Positions 62,965 through 64,000 of a DNA stretch of 64,000 bases are shown here, piece by piece. The DNA is from Vicugna vicugna (Eukaryota), in assembly GCA_013265495.1 (NCBI GenBank), contig MU058584.1:4284508-4348507 (forward strand), given 5' to 3'. The notes beneath the pieces are model-generated. The model did no database searches and was not told where the DNA came from. It saw only the letters and a program-made list of their open reading frames with translations. Position 1 is the stretch's first letter, and every line of letters begins with the position of its first letter. The position numbers and the translations under genes were made by a program.

Positions 62965-64000
62965 TGCTTTTGTTTTTTAACAGCAGCTTTACTGCGGTAC
63001 AGTTCACATACTAGGAAACTCACCATTTTAGAGCATAGAATTCAGTGTGTGTGGGTGTGTGTGTGTGTGTTTAGTATATTTATAGAATAATGCAGCCATC
63101 ACTACTGTCCAATTTTAGAATACTTTCATTACCCCATAATGAAACCCTATACTCATTGGTGCTCACTCCCCATCCCCCTCTGCTCCCAGCCCCCACCAGT
63201 CTTCTTTCTGTCTCTGTGGGGTTGCCTATTCTGGAAATTTCATGTAAATGGGCTCACATAATACGGGACCTTTTGTATTCAGCTTTCACTTAACATGTTT
63301 TCATGGTTCATCCATGATACAGCATGTATCAATATGTTTTTTCTTTTTTATGGCTGAAAAATATTCCATTGTATGGATATGCCACACTTTGTTTATCCAT
63401 TCATCAATTGATGGGCACGTTTTCGGGTCTCTTGGGTATATGCTTAGGAGGCAAACTGCTAAGTCGATGGTAACTGTCTGTTTAACCATTTGAGGAACTG
63501 CCAGTCTGTTTTCCAAAGGGCTGCACTGTTTTACACTCCCACCAGCAATGTAGAGAGATCTAACTTCTCCGCATCCTCACTTACTGTATTTTTGAATAGC
63601 CTGCCTAGTGGGTATGAAGTGGTATCTCACTGTGGTTTCATTTCTGTCCCTCTAATGATTAGGAATGTCTGAGCATCTTTTCATTTGCTTATTGGCCATT
63701 AATATATCTTCTTTGGAGAAATATCTATTCAAGTCCTTTGTTCATTTTTTAATTACTTTGTCTTTTTATAGTTGAATTATACATGTTATTTATATACTTT
63801 GGCTACAAGTCCCTTAACAGATACAAAATTTGCAAATGTTTTCTCCATTCTGTGGGTTGACTTTCTTAATGCATCCTTTGAGGCTCAAAGGGTTTTAATT
63901 TTGATTAAGTCCAGTTTCCCTATTCTTTTGTTGCTCATGCTTTTGATGTCATACCTAAGAAACCATTGCCTGATACAGCATCACGGAGTTACTCTCTGTT
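62965..64000 (-). mobile_element. Old L1 (L1MA/MB-type) 3' fragment, runs off window
   Basis: Antisense L1 text; minus ORF 63301-63516 retains the L1 ORF2 C-terminal motif CPSIDEWINKVWHIHTMEYFSAIKK. Confidence 0.85.

Noticed and set aside
43014..64000. MPZL1 exon 2 (Ig-V domain start)
   Set aside because: No sequence matching the expected continuation (TAGVSALEVYT-like) was seen; intron 1 apparently extends beyond the window.

Overview
Mammalian genomic DNA, most likely from a camelid: it carries about 10 copies of a tRNA-Ala-derived Vic-1-like SINE, and I recognised no Alu, B1, Bov-tA, CHR or PRE-1 elements. The window holds coding exons 2-7 of RCSD1 (CapZIP, + strand, 10973-28169; exon 1 was not found and presumably lies upstream). 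It also holds a convergent pair of intact tRNA-Pro genes (CGG on +, AGG on -) in a CpG island, and the CpG-island promoter, first coding exon and start of the long intron 1 of MPZL1 (PZR, +). The rest is intronic or intergenic DNA rich in SINE, MIR, L1, L2, LTR/ERV and DNA-transposon relics, including an MLT2-LTR/ERV-L gag remnant. Most ORFs in the supplied track are spurious. I found no convincing new gene system. The best oddities are a TSD-bounded SINE-L1 composite, a tailless 5'-half tRNA-Ile retrocopy, SINEs with extra 3' sequence, and an octamer/CCAAT-rich antisense solo LTR beside the last RCSD1 exon. Also notable are inverted SINEs around phase-0 exons (possible stop-less circRNA) and apparent loss of a MAPKAP-K2 site in CapZIP. 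Gene and repeat names come from recalled sequences, not database searches.
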